This document shows, in pieces, positions 11,090 to 23,464 of a stretch of 35,701 bases of DNA. Within the stretch, counting starts at the first letter, position 1; each line of letters opens with the position of its first letter. The stretch is from NCBI RefSeq assembly GCF_001194135.2, contig NC_068991.1, positions 78,525,182 through 78,560,882 on the forward strand, written 5' to 3'. Below the pieces are notes generated by a model. That model was not told the origin of the DNA. It searched no databases and was given only the letters and a program-made list of their open reading frames with translations. Position numbers and translations under genes: made by a program. Origin of the DNA: Octopus bimaculoides (Eukaryota).

Positions 11090-12620
11090 GGTTTTCAAAA
11101 TGTTAATATAGGTAGCGATTAGTACATCCGAAGGATTAACAATTAAGCTGGAATCAACCCAAAGTAATCAAAATTCAAAAATAAATTCAGATTTTTAGAA
11201 AATTGAAAATGCGATGTAAACAAGAGATAAGAGAAACATTCATACAATTAATTATAAAGAAATGTAAATTTCAAGAATTAACAGGAACTTTTGAAGAAGA
11301 ACTGAGAATTCCAAGTGTCAGGATTCTTGGTGAAAAGAAGAATGTTCAGGATACCTGGATGAATAAAAATGTTTTAAGCAGGCGTGATAAAAGAAGAAAT
11401 TTGAAACAAGAAAATGGTTTAAGAATGGATACTTCAGGTTGTTGAAGATAAATATGGCTGCGTACTAATAAAGATAAGAAGAATAATTGCTAAATGAACA
11501 GAGTTCTAAGAAGAGCAATCACGAAAAGGAGAGGTAGACTGCAATGTGCTAAAGCGATTAGAAAGAGGAAAAATCACTTTAGTATATAGTCAAAGCAAGA
11601 TATCACCGAAGAAAGAGAAAGACAAACAATTAAGGAAACGAAAATGTAATAAATAACCGATGCAGATAACATAAATACAAGCTGTTAAATGAGAGAGGTG
11701 ACTGGGTCACTGAGGTTGTTTGTAACATCTTGTAATAATGTTTTAGGTAGAGAAGAATAGCCCAGCAAATTGAAAAAATCAGATGTTATCTCGTTGCCAA
11801 AGAAAGGAAACTACCATCAAGTAAAAAAAAAAAAAACAGAGTTTAATTAGCCATCTAACAAAGGATTTGTTATATGTTTTTCTTCATGAACTCACCAATA
11901 AAAATATTTAGTGAAACGCAATCTGTTGTGAAGATTTGTGACGTTAATATGCTATTAGGAAAATACTTGATACACCAGTCAGACCTTTGCTGCAATTTTG
12001 TTGACTTTGGAAAAGCTTTTGGCCGTGTGCAGCATGCGGAACTATGGCTTGTTACAAGAAAATACAACATCAGCCTATCATAGTCAAGCTTATGAGGTTA
12101 TTATATGAATATGGTTGGAAATTCCTGCCAGAATTAGTTTCAAACAACATTTGGTATCAGATAAAAGTGTGTTCTTTCAGAAAGCCCATTTTATGTTTCT
12201 CTTCCTTGAATACATAATGACGGAAAGCTTATTTCTTATTAAATGATATTCGTTTAATAGGAGGTAATGTTAGATATCTACCATCATATCTCGAAAGATT
12301 TGAAATGAAAGTGCTGAAAAACGTTAAAATGACAGCTAGTAAAAACACAAAGAAAATAAAGTCATAGGGAATAGAATTTTGGTAAGTCAGCAACACAAGC
12401 AATTCTTATCTTATTCATAAACGATGGAAAATAAAATACACTAATCACGCTGCATATTACCATGACGTCACTCCGTTTGTGAATGGACAACTCGTCACCA
12501 ACTCAAAGAAGAGGATAGGAAGGTCTGGAATAGGAGGAGTTGAACAGCATCAAGATATGCAGAAAGAGGAATTTGGTGAAAAGTCCGAGGCTCGCTAATG
12601 TCCAGGAAAGATTTAAGGAC
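11090..12620 (+). mobile_element. Decayed RTE-clade LINE (end of APE domain plus RT)
   Basis: Motifs in order: NIGSD* (about 11110), WMNKNVLSRRDKRRNLK, PSKLKKSDVISLPKKGN (11761), SLISHLTK, HQSDLCCNFVDFGKAFGRVQHAELW...KYNIS (ORF 11874-12083). Many stops and frameshifts. Confidence 0.8.
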
Positions 12621-12769
12621 GTGGCTGTGTTTCTTGGCTGTAAATTTTCATGATTGATATTCAAAGTGACAGATTGTCAACGAAAGAGAATGATTAGTAC
12701 TCAATATGTGGTGTTGGAGTTTTTAATATTTACTTCAAATGAGCATTCAGATACTACTGGTGCCCCACC

Positions 12770-12777
12770 CCATATAT

Positions 12778-12811
<34 letters not shown>

Positions 12812-12823
12812 GCATACACACAC

Positions 12824-12858
<35 letters not shown>

Positions 12859-12859
12859 C

Positions 12860-12923
<64 letters not shown>

Positions 12924-12932
12924 GCGCGCGCG
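12770..12932. repeat. Compound (TA)/(CA)/(GACA) microsatellite
   Basis: Direct inspection. Confidence 0.95.
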
Positions 12933-13765
12933 TGAATTTGTGTGTATGAATATATATATGCATTCTATACACCATGTCTGAATTGCAGATGATTACTTTA
13001 AGAGACTTTTTAAAGATAATTTTTAATTAAAATTTATTTTGAAATTTGTCTGTAAGCATGTGTATATGAACGTATTTATATGTGTGTATTCAAAAATGTT
13101 TGTGTGTGTGTGTTTGTGTGAGTGGAGAGGTATGTGTTTTATAGCAATATGGATTCTATTTTTAAAAAAGTCCATTCTGGAAGCTAAGTACATGAAGAAT
13201 ATCAAAAGTCATTGTCTTTAAAATTACACAAATGAGTCTAAGAAGAAGAAGCACCGCAAAGGGACAGAATAAAGTCAAAAATAATATTGTTGCCACAAGA
13301 TGCAATCGAAGATGAAATAGTGGATAAAAGACTACAAAAGAAAGAAAAGCAGTCTGAAAGGAAATTGGTAGAATAAGAGTCTGAAAGAATGAACAAAAAT
13401 TATTGAGGAGGGTGAATTCAAATCGTAGGAACATCTTTCGTACTTGTAGATTCTTTAAAACACCGGAAGGCTAGAAATATATTTTCTGAAAATTCTGGTT
13501 ACTGAAGTGGTATTTATGTCAAACAATTTCCACATCTCAAATAATCTCATTGACTATGGTACCATATTTTGAGAAGTCTGAAAATAGTTAAATGAATTTA
13601 GGAATGAAGGATTGTTTTGGGAAAAAAGGTGTATTTTTTTCCTTTCTTTTGTATTTTTCGATGTTATCCGATTACTAGCGTATGTGTCTGTATGGATGTG
13701 TGTGTAAATGGATACACACACACGCACACACATTTATATATACATGTGTAAACACATACGTTTTG

Positions 13766-13798
<33 letters not shown>

Positions 13799-14107
13799 TT
13801 TGTGTGTGTGTGTGTGTGTGTGTGTGTTTGTGTATGTGCATGCATGCGTAAATGTATCTATATCTACCGATTTATATACATACCTGTATGCATTAATAAA
13901 TGGAACGAAAACGCAACAGAGGGCATTAAAACATTTGGACAGACAGACGATACAAAGGCGGACAAGAGGAACAATTAGGACAAAAAAGACGGGTCATTCG
14001 TGGCTTTCTTTCCTCAGTCAAATCCCAGAAGTCATGGCCATTTCGGGCAGTTATACTTGAGATGGTTCAATGTATGTATCTTTATGTAGGGATATATGTA
14101 ACGGTAC

Positions 14108-14152
14108 GCAGTTCCTGACGAAATTTTAACGCTAATGAAACTAGTCCGGCTG
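14108..14152 (+). ncRNA. Minimal type I hammerhead-like motif (intact core, eroded stems)
   Basis: CTGACGA (14115-14121)-A-ATT(ttaacgct)AAT-GAAA-CTAG-TC. Stem III is palindromic (ACTAGT) with a GUC triplet. Stem II is only 3 A-U pairs and stem I is bulged. Confidence 0.5.
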
Positions 14153-14609
14153 ACTCACTCGCTCACATACATATATGTATGTATATATATATACACATAC
14201 AAACATACATGCCGTACATACATACCTACCTACATACATACATATATATATATACATTTTTTTTCTCTGCGATGGTTTGATAAGCAGTGCCGATATTACA
14301 ATTCTGCAACTGATAATATTTTATAAGCTTAAAGCATATAAGCGATCACCGTGAATTGACCAAAGAAAATAGTCTAACATTGGAGCATATAAACCTCTCA
14401 ATAGAAAAAAACCCCAACAAAATAAACATAAAACCAAAGCCACACAAAACAACAGCCATAAAATACACCGAAAAAATGGGAAAATAAGGGAATGGATATA
14501 GGGAAAAAATACTGTAAATGGACATGTTGTCATAAAAAAAAAGCGAGAAATGAAAATGACAATTGTCACTTATTTTAAATATTTATCATCCTTAATCTAT
14601 CGGACCAGG

Positions 14610-15085
14610 AAGGTTTGCGGGTGCTATCATATCCAATTTTTCACTTGATTAATTATTGAGGAAGTAATCTAAAGGTTTCATTGTGAAATACACTTATTTC
14701 TGTCTTTTATTTATGATATTGTACTCTGACGTATAAGTTCGCTTCTCGGTTTCGCTACGGCGTAAGATGGTGCGATTCTCAATATCGACTGCTTAATATC
14801 ATATTTTGTTTTGTTATATCTAAGCTGCCAGATTAGCTTGCTTAATGGAGTCGAGCTTTCTTTATTCCTATGTGATCTGATGTGGTTATAAAATCGAGAT
14901 TTGAAAGCTCTTGCTTAGCATCCGATATAACGGTAAACTTTATCTGTAACAACCGAGCATCTGTACGTTAGGACTTCATTTTTCATGAAAGTTTAGATAT
15001 TCTAATTGACACTCCATTGACGATAGGGTTTATAATACATCCTGGATTATTTGACTTGCAGCTGACATACATAAGATTTTAGTTT
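14610..15085 (-). mobile_element. Penelope-like element GIY-YIG endonuclease remnant
   Basis: The minus strand reads VYRYIGC*ARAFKSRFYNH (14882-14938), then after a frameshift STPLSKLIWQLRYNKTKYDIKQSILRIAPSY. These match Penelope GIY-YIG motifs YIG..FKxRxYNH and STxLSKxIWxLK..YxIKWxIL. Confidence 0.8.
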
Positions 15086-15164
15086 GCTTTGTGAAATGGA
15101 AGATGCAGTCAAGCACTAAAGTCGAGTGTAACATCGTTTTCTATAAAGGTAGCAAGTCCAAATC

Positions 15165-15352
15165 TATTGGAAATGCTTAGCGGTATTTCGTACGTCGCTA
15201 TGTCCTTTGTTCAAATTCCGCGGACGTCAACTTTGACTATCATTCCTTCGGGGTCGATAAAGTAAGTACCAGTGAAACGCTGGAGGGTCGATGTAATCGA
15301 CTTATCCCCTCCTTCACATTTCAGGCCTTGTACCTATAGTAGAAAGGGTTAT
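15165..15352 (+). mobile_element. tRNA-SINE family C, 5'-truncated
   Basis: 'gaaatgcttagcggtatttcg...ttcaaattccgc...tcggggtcgataaagtaagtaccag...gtcgatgtaatcgactta...ggccttgtacctatagtagaaagg' is colinear with 28663-28860. Confidence 0.85.
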
Positions 15353-16694
15353 TTTTATTGTACTGATATTACTCTACGCTATATGCGCCCATTGCCTAGC
15401 AGTGGTATTTCCTGTATGTTATGTACATAAGAATTTTCTGCATAGCCAGAGCGTTCTGAGGTTGTGGTTAAGTATTCATGCTCTTCCAACATCTCAAAAG
15501 AGGGGTTGTTTCTGTTTTCTTGTTGTTGTTGTTGTTCAGTTGCCAGCCCATATTGTTTACACCGAGGTCATCGGTTCAATGTACTAAAATATATACCAGT
15601 AACATACTGAGTACGATTCAGTCAATTATGTAAGAGATATACGACTCTAAATAGTAAGAAAAACGAAGTCGAAGATACCTAGACGTTAAGTTCACGAAAT
15701 ATCTAGGACGAGAATTGCAAACAGTCATTTTAGGAACATCGAAATGGAATGATTTAGACTGCTTATTGTGCACGCACGCACAACACAGATTCACACTCGC
15801 ACACACACACACACACGCACGCACCCACACATACATAAGTAAACAGACACAGAGTAGGCACAAACGCACATGCACACATGCGCACATGCGCACTCAAGCA
15901 CATTCTCTACATGTGCACTTGACGTACATATTAATCAACTGGATTACTTTGTAAAATAATCTCTCCTAAGATAACATTAATTAGAATGAAAAATAGGGAT
16001 AAAGATAAGGGAGAGTAACGTCAATAAAAGGATGACGTCGACGGCGACGAGGAACATAACTGTTGCTGCTTCTGAAGACGATGGTGATAATGAGTTTGTT
16101 AGGGATGGCAAAGAAGATGATAAATGAAAAGGTGAAGTATGGAATCCAGAATCTCTAATTGGAGAACATTACGAGTAGTGGATGAACATTGACGTTAATC
16201 TAACCGTACAATGGTTGCAAACCATTAATAACCGACATTACCGTAAAGAATCTTCGGTATGAGTAGACAAAAAAGCCACGTGTGAGAAGTTCTTGTTATG
16301 TGTTAAAGGAAGTCACTTGACGTCATCTGAACCATAAATCGTAGATCTTTGAGATTTGCTTGAATTATTGTGAGTGACTGAACTAAGCCATCTTTTGATC
16401 GTAAATGCCATGACTGCCTGGATGATTTATGAAAAGGATGCAAAAACGAATAAACGAACAAATAAATATACTGGCATTATATTTTGACTTGCAGGAATAT
16501 TTCTAGAATTATTTTGTAGGAAACCAATGTTGACGGATGTTGTTTATACTTATTTACTATTTCAACTTGTTTTTTTTTTCTGTTTATCGTATCAAGCCTG
16601 CTGTGTCTACTGTTTCGGAACAATTTTCTTATAGACACGGTTGCTTGTATAACAGGGCATAGGTAAAGCACTTATTTAAAAGGTAACTCCCCAC

Positions 16695-16695
<1 letters not shown>

Positions 16696-16741
<46 letters not shown>

Positions 16742-16760
16742 AAAAAACAAAACAAAAAAC
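16696..16760. repeat. Poly(A) tract
   Basis: A run of more than 40 nt. Confidence 0.95.
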
Positions 16761-17392
16761 AAAGGGGAACTGAAAACGATTAAATTTCAACATTTTCATA
16801 GTAGAGTGCATCTGGTTAGTGATTCTCTCATCACTACTTAGGCAAGCAGGGCGAAGTAGATGTTATGCTGAGGAGATTTAATTAGCTCGAATTATGTCCT
16901 AAGTTGTTTCCCGTATTTGTCAGATTAATCAAAATAGTTACAAAGTAATATATCTTTTATTAATCGCTGTTTGTTATGAACCGATGAAACACTTCGAAAG
17001 ATGTATTTGAAATACGAAAAAAAAAATACCTGTCCTCTCTTCAAGTACGTTGAGTACTTCTTTGGTTTGCAGCAGACACCATGACTCTATGACTAATAAT
17101 ACCTACTACTACTACTACTACTACTATCACCATACGTACGTACATGAATACATACATACACACACATAGATACATACACACACACATACATACATGCATA
17201 CACACACACTCATACATAGTAAACTTTATGTATACTATTTCCTGCGCCCATTTATTGCTTATATAATCTTTACCACGTAAATATATATTATTTATATATT
17301 TTTTTATTATATAATTCAATTTGATATTATTAAATTGTATATCCTTGTAATTTCGGATTTTGTAATTCCCTAACATTATAATATATATATAT

Positions 17393-17915
17393 NNNNNNNN
17401 NNNNNNNNNNNNNNNNNNNNNNNNNNNNNNNNNNNNNNNNNNNNNNNNNNNNNNNNNNNNNNNNNNNNNNNNNNNNNNNNNNNNNNNNNNNNNNNNNNNN
17501 NNNNNNNNNNNNNNNNNNNNNNNNNNNNNNNNNNNNNNNNNNNNNNNNNNNNNNNNNNNNNNNNNNNNNNNNNNNNNNNNNNNNNNNNNNNNNNNNNNNN
17601 NNNNNNNNNNNNNNNNNNNNNNNNNNNNNNNNNNNNNNNNNNNNNNNNNNNNNNNNNNNNNNNNNNNNNNNNNNNNNNNNNNNNNNNNNNNNNNNNNNNN
17701 NNNNNNNNNNNNNNNNNNNNNNNNNNNNNNNNNNNNNNNNNNNNNNNNNNNNNNNNNNNNNNNNNNNNNNNNNNNNNNNNNNNNNNNNNNNNNNNNNNNN
17801 NNNNNNNNNNNNNNNNNNNNNNNNNNNNNNNNNNNNNNNNNNNNNNNNNNNNNNNNNNNNNNNNNNNNNNNNNNNNNNNNNNNNNNNNNNNNNNNNNNNN
17901 NNNNNNNNNNNNNNN
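17393..17915. other. Assembly gap (N run)
   Basis: N run flanked by (AT)n. Confidence 0.99.
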
Positions 17916-18050
17916 ATATATATATATATATATATATATATACTGTTGTATTTGGGGATGGTCATGTTGCCAGTTTAGCCAATAAAAACTCACGCACTAT
18001 GTATTTGGTGTTAATTTGCTTCAGCTTTATTTTTACATTAATCGTATTTC

Positions 18051-18095
18051 GGCCAGAGTTCTTTCGTCACACTTCTGTGACCTCATAAGTGGTCC
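18051..18095 (-). ncRNA. Type I hammerhead ribozyme motif with G5U core mutation (Penelope pLTR-like context)
   Basis: The reverse complement reads GGACCA-CTTATGA-G-GTCACA(gaag)TGTGAC-GAAA-G(aa)C-TC-TGGCC. Stem II is a perfect 6 bp, the triplet is CUC, and AATAAA lies about 20 nt downstream (18026-18031). Confidence 0.65.
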
Positions 18096-18189
18096 TTTGC
18101 TTTCTTCTTTACTATTTGTGTCTTTCCTTACTAACGATCAGCTATATTTATATCATTTAGTGTTGATGTGAAATCGAAAAGTTTGTCGA

Positions 18190-19210
18190 CGTTCTCCTCA
18201 GCCACAAACAGAGTTACGATCAAGTTATGCAGATGATGCAAAAGTCTCACAGGTAATACAGAACCTTGAATACACTATGCACCTGCAATGTGAGCTGGAT
18301 GAAATATACAAGTGGGCTGAAAAGAATAGCATGCAGTTTAATGCCGAAAAGTTTCAAGCCTTGTGCTATCAGCATGCAAAACTAATTGTAATACCCATTA
18401 AATACACTGGACTTGGAGGGATTGCGAACTCAGAGGCAGAGACAGTGCGAGACCTGGGCATCTACATGAGTAATGATGCATCCTTTCATGTTCAAGTTCC
18501 TAAATTGGCAATGAAATGTAGGCGGCTGACCGGATGGATTCTTAGAACTTTTAGAACAAGAGATCAGGAAACCATGATGGTCCTCTGGAGGACACTTGTC
18601 CTGAGCCATTTTGACTATTGCTCTCAGCTATGGTCACTAACCAGTGTCAAATTAATCTCAGAACTTGAGGCAATCCAACAAAGCAACACAAAGAAGATAG
18701 CCTCTATGCAGCAGATAAGCTATTGGGAAAGACTCAAGAGATTAAGACTCTATTCCTTAGAGCGTAGACGAGAAAGATATGCCATAATATATATCTGGAA
18801 GATCCTCGAAGGAATTGTCCCAAACTTTGGCATCGAAAGTTACACAAATAAAAGAACTGGACGCCATTGCATAGTGCCAAGGACTCCAAATTTGTCATCA
18901 AGATGTAGGACAAGATACTGCAATAGCCTGGGCTTCAAAGGTCCACAGCTCTTCAATATCCTCCGGAAGGACCTGAGAGACCTGCATGGGGTGGATGTTG
19001 GTGTCTTCAAAGTAAAGCTGGACCTCTCACAGTCAAGTGTCACAGATGAACCAACTCCGTGGCAGTAGGTACAGATGAGGGCAGCGGCATAAAACTCCTT
19101 GATGCACCAAATGTCAATTCCTAAAAAAGCATTCGTGAAGTAAAATTATGTTGCAACACCAAATGGCGGTGCCCCAGGAGGGTCACAGCTCGTGAGCTGA
19201 AACTAGATAT
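18190..19210 (+). mobile_element. CR1-clade LINE, 5'-truncated (RT C-terminus plus 3' UTR)
   Basis: In-frame SYADD at 18223-18237 continues into ORF 18277-19068 (LQCELDEIYKWAEKNSMQFNAEKF...VRDLGI...WILRTF...DYCSQLWS...YWERLKRLRLYSLERRRER). The 3' tail has a CAGCTC-gt-GAGCTG hairpin (19186-19199). Confidence 0.92.
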
Positions 19211-19227
19211 AAAAAAGATCATTTATA

Positions 19228-19905
19228 NNNNNNNNNNNNNNNNNNNNNNNNNNNNNNNNNNNNNNNNNNNNNNNNNNNNNNNNNNNNNNNNNNNNNNNNN
19301 NNNNNNNNNNNNNNNNNNNNNNNNNNNNNNNNNNNNNNNNNNNNNNNNNNNNNNNNNNNNNNNNNNNNNNNNNNNNNNNNNNNNNNNNNNNNNNNNNNNN
19401 NNNNNNNNNNNNNNNNNNNNNNNNNNNNNNNNNNNNNNNNNNNNNNNNNNNNNNNNNNNNNNNNNNNNNNNNNNNNNNNNNNNNNNNNNNNNNNNNNNNN
19501 NNNNNNNNNNNNNNNNNNNNNNNNNNNNNNNNNNNNNNNNNNNNNNNNNNNNNNNNNNNNNNNNNNNNNNNNNNNNNNNNNNNNNNNNNNNNNNNNNNNN
19601 NNNNNNNNNNNNNNNNNNNNNNNNNNNNNNNNNNNNNNNNNNNNNNNNNNNNNNNNNNNNNNNNNNNNNNNNNNNNNNNNNNNNNNNNNNNNNNNNNNNN
19701 NNNNNNNNNNNNNNNNNNNNNNNNNNNNNNNNNNNNNNNNNNNNNNNNNNNNNNNNNNNNNNNNNNNNNNNNNNNNNNNNNNNNNNNNNNNNNNNNNNNN
19801 NNNNNNNNNNNNNNNNNNNNNNNNNNNNNNNNNNNNNNNNNNNNNNNNNNNNNNNNNNNNNNNNNNNNNNNNNNNNNNNNNNNNNNNNNNNNNNNNNNNN
19901 NNNNN
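19228..19905. other. Assembly gap (N run)
   Basis: N run with (TA)n on the right. Confidence 0.99.
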
Positions 19906-19927
19906 TATATATATATATATATATCTA

Positions 19928-20010
19928 TATATATTCATATATATGTATATATGAATATATATTTATATATATTCATATATATGTATATATGAATATATAT
20001 TTATATATAT
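19928..20010. repeat. Two tandem 38-bp AT-rich self-complementary units
   Basis: Unit attcatatatatgtatatatgaatatatatttatatat x2 ('ttcat' at 19934 and 19972). Confidence 0.8.
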
Positions 20011-20023
20011 ATGTGTGCATACG

Positions 20024-20097
<74 letters not shown>

Positions 20098-20154
20098 AGA
20101 AAATTTCTGTTTGTAAATCTCTGAACGAGAGACATTCAGCAATAATACTCTAGA

Positions 20155-20559
20155 GTAAAGATTATTTGCCAACATAACGTAGCAGTCTTGGTTTAGGACG
20201 AGTGTTACGGTTATTTAGCCCCAGGAAACATCGTCTCCAGTTGGCTGTACGACACAATATCTGTGTCCTTATATATTTTTGAACAAGGGAGTTTGAAAAC
20301 TATATATTTCGAACAAGAATTTAGCAGTGACACCTCTATCCGAACAGTTATTCTGTGCTGATGAAGTGAAATAACCCCAAAAATCGTGACACACAGATAT
20401 TGTTTTGTGCTGAGTGGGGATGCTAAACTCCCTTCGAAAATATAAGGACACAGACAATGTGTCGTATAACCAGCTGGAGACAATGTTTCCTGGGGCTAAA
20501 TAACAGTAACATTCATCCTAAATCAGGACTGTCATGTTATGTTGGCAAATAATCTTTAC
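20155..20559. mobile_element. MITE/foldback element with TIRs of about 140 bp (Mutator-like by inference)
   Basis: 20154-20294 (agtaaagattatttgccaacataac...aagggagttt) is the imperfect reverse complement of 20425-20560, with a spacer of about 130 bp. The flanks tactctaga / tacataga could be a degenerate 8-9 bp TSD. Confidence 0.85.
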
Positions 20560-20600
20560 TACATAGATGTATATATACATATATAGATGTATATATATAT

Positions 20601-21008
20601 TCTTTTATTCTTTTACTCGTTTCAGCCATGCAGCTGCGGTCATGCTGGAGCACCACCGTGGTCGATTCCCTCAGTCTGGGGTGTTTCACATTACCACTCC
20701 TGTATGTGCCTTTGTCCTAGCTTTTAGCCCATTTGGTGTAGAAGGGAGTTTGATTTCGCTGCCCTCGTCTGTACCTCATGTCAGGCTGTTGGTTCATCCG
20801 TTATTGTGGAGAGGAGGATGTTTAGTTCGTTTTTGAAGACATCTAGTTCTACATTATGCAGATTTCTTAATTTTTGTGGCTGGGCTTTGAGGAGCTGTGG
20901 ACCTTTGAACCCTAGACTATTGCAGTATCTGGTCCTGAATTTAGATGAAGTAGATGGTACCTTTGGTACAATATAATGGCGGCCAGTTCTGGCATATGTA
21001 TAACAGTC
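20601..21008 (-). mobile_element. CR1-clade LINE 3' end, second subfamily
   Basis: The minus strand reads RTGRHYIVPKVPSTSSKFRTRYCNSLGFKGPQLL...DVFKNELNILLSTITDEPT, homologous to the C-terminus of ORF 18277-19068. It runs into the tail ggtggtgctccagcatgaccgcagctgcatggctgaaacgagtaaaagaataaaaga. Confidence 0.88.
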
Positions 21009-21019
21009 ATTATATTTAG

Positions 21020-21133
<114 letters not shown>

Positions 21134-21503
21134 ATAAGACCCAACTTTCGAGGCGTAGGAAGGAAGTTAGTTTCAAGCAATCCGTAGTAAATATAGAAAC
21201 AACTTTAAGGGACAATAATGTTTCTTTGAGCCGGAAGGTTGGGGAATTTTTCGTATCGAAGTACAATAAACTGAAAAAAAGTTCTTTTTATATTTCACGG
21301 TAGGCGACCAGGGTTGCCGGGTGTGCGACTGAATCTTCCATATGCTAACATGTACCTCCTTGCAACAATGTAAACTTTCATTTAATATCCTCGGTCTGAA
21401 GAGTAGCCTGCAGTCCACATCTCTTTCGAGGTTTACCATTTCCAAGGTTCCGCTCGCTGTGAAACATATATAGCGCGGATCTTATCTACTCCCTTCCTTA
21501 ACT

Positions 21504-21587
21504 NNNNNNNNNNNNNNNNNNNNNNNNNNNNNNNNNNNNNNNNNNNNNNNNNNNNNNNNNNNNNNNNNNNNNNNNNNNNNNNNNNNN
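21504..21587. other. Assembly gap (N run)
   Basis: N run. Confidence 0.99.
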
Positions 21588-21616
21588 TATATATATATAT
21601 ATATATACCTATTTAT

Positions 21617-21950
21617 ACAGGAGTGACTGTGTGGTAAGTAGCTTGCTTACCAACCACATAGTCCCGGGTTCAGTCACACTGCGTGGCACCTTGGGCAAGT
21701 GTCTTCTACTATAGCCTCGAGGCGACCAAAGCCTTGTGAGTGGATTTAGTAGACGGAAACTGACAACATCGCTTGACAACCGATGGTGGTGTGTTTATGA
21801 CCCCTGTAACTTAGCGGTTCGTCAAAAGATACCGATAGAATAAGTACTAGGCTTACAAAGAATAAGTCCTGGGGTAGATTTGCTCGACTAAAGGCAGTGC
21901 TCCAGCATGGCCGCAGTCAAATGACTGAAACAAGTAAAAGAGTAAAAGAG
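21617..21950 (+). mobile_element. tRNA-derived SINE family A, full length
   Basis: It has a tRNA-like head (gactgtgtggtaag; B-box gggttcagtcac) and a CORE-like 'ggcaccttgggcaagtgtcttctactatagcctc'. The tail is 'ggcagtgctccagcatggccgcagtcaaatgactgaaacaagtaaaagagtaaaagag'. Confidence 0.92.
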
Positions 21951-22738
21951 TATATATTCATATCTAACTATCTATCTCTTGACACACACATACACATGTA
22001 TATGTATGTGTGTATATATAATATTTGATTGAGAGATACTAGTTGTATCGGTGGATTTATACAATGTGCTTTGTGTATTAACCTGTCAGAACATCGTGTT
22101 CCCATGACATGAAACTATTATTAGCAGCTCTTATTTATATATTGTGTATATTAAATAATATTTATCTCTCTCTGTGGATGGAGTAGTTTTTTGTTGATAC
22201 TACCTATAATGAAACAGTAAACTATATGTATATATATGCTTATTTATAAATATATACCTCTATATAATTGCATTTATGCCGAATCATGTACACAAATAAA
22301 CATATAAATGTACAAGCAGACAATGTATTTAATATATTCAAAAACCTATATATTCATACACATGTATGCTCAGAAAAGAAAAGAAAAGAAAAAAACAACG
22401 GCCACAAGCAAAACAAAATGAATTCTCGATCTCTACATTAAAATCGCGTGTATAGCAATCCAGGTCGTGCGTAAAATTCATACACGAATATTTGTAGAAT
22501 ATGTTTAACAGATTTTTTTCAAACTACATTTCCAAAACACTTTATCCCTCCTCCCCTCCATCACAAACCCCGTTCTCCCAACGCCGTATATATAGATATC
22601 GTCTCTATTAACATTTTTGTCCAATTCTTTGAGCTGGTTTTTTCCATTAACTCTGACTACTATTTATCTTTCTATTTCCTTCTTTATTTCTCTCTCTCGC
22701 TCTGTCTCTCCCCCTCTTCCACAGTCTATTTCTATAAC

Positions 22739-22782
22739 TCTTCTTCTTCTTCTTCTTCTTCTTCTTCTTCTTCTTCTTCTTC
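22739..22782. repeat. (CTT)n microsatellite running into a gap (N 22783-22882)
   Basis: Direct inspection. Confidence 0.95.
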
Positions 22783-23340
22783 NNNNNNNNNNNNNNNNNN
22801 NNNNNNNNNNNNNNNNNNNNNNNNNNNNNNNNNNNNNNNNNNNNNNNNNNNNNNNNNNNNNNNNNNNNNNNNNNNNNNNNNNATATATATATATATATAT
22901 ATATATGTGTGTATATATAACGGCTGATACGCATGCACCCTCGCACACACACATATTTACCCATACACGTTCACAGAGACAAATCGCAATAGAAAGCACA
23001 ATCCCTTAGGTATTCTACAACAAATAATGGATTCTCTGTGAACTGGTTCCTTTATTCTGTTATTGTTGTTCTTTTTCCATTCCTCTCCCACAGACGAAAG
23101 GATTGATAGTTCCAAGAATTTAATAAGTTCTTTTATTTTATTAGTTTCATTGTTTGACTGCTTTTGTACTCTGAGTACAATGTTGCCAGGTAGCATGCAC
23201 TTACCATAATAAACCAGTACTTTTGAGACACGGAATAATAGCAATTTTATATATATATATATATGTATATGTATATATGTATATATGTATATATGTATAT
23301 GTATATATAAATATACATATACATATTTGTATATATATAT

Positions 23341-23464
23341 NNNNNNNNNNNNNNNNNNNNNNNNNNNNNNNNNNNNNNNNNNNNNNNNNNNNNNNNNNNN
23401 NNNNNNNNNNNNNNNNNNNNNNNNNNNNNNNNNNNNNNNNNNNNNNNNNNNNNNNNNNNNNNNN
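23341..23464. other. Assembly gap (N run)
   Basis: N run flanked by (TA)n. Confidence 0.99.

Noticed and set aside
16975-17020. ccgatga...gaaaga...gaaatacg, loosely similar to the 18051 hammerhead context
   Set aside because: The core has U4C and there is no stem II or stem I pairing.
21135-21503. Repeat-free, relatively GC-rich stretch with ORFs 21066-21266 and 21173-21445
   Set aside because: No recognisable domain or convincing splice pair, and it is truncated by a gap.
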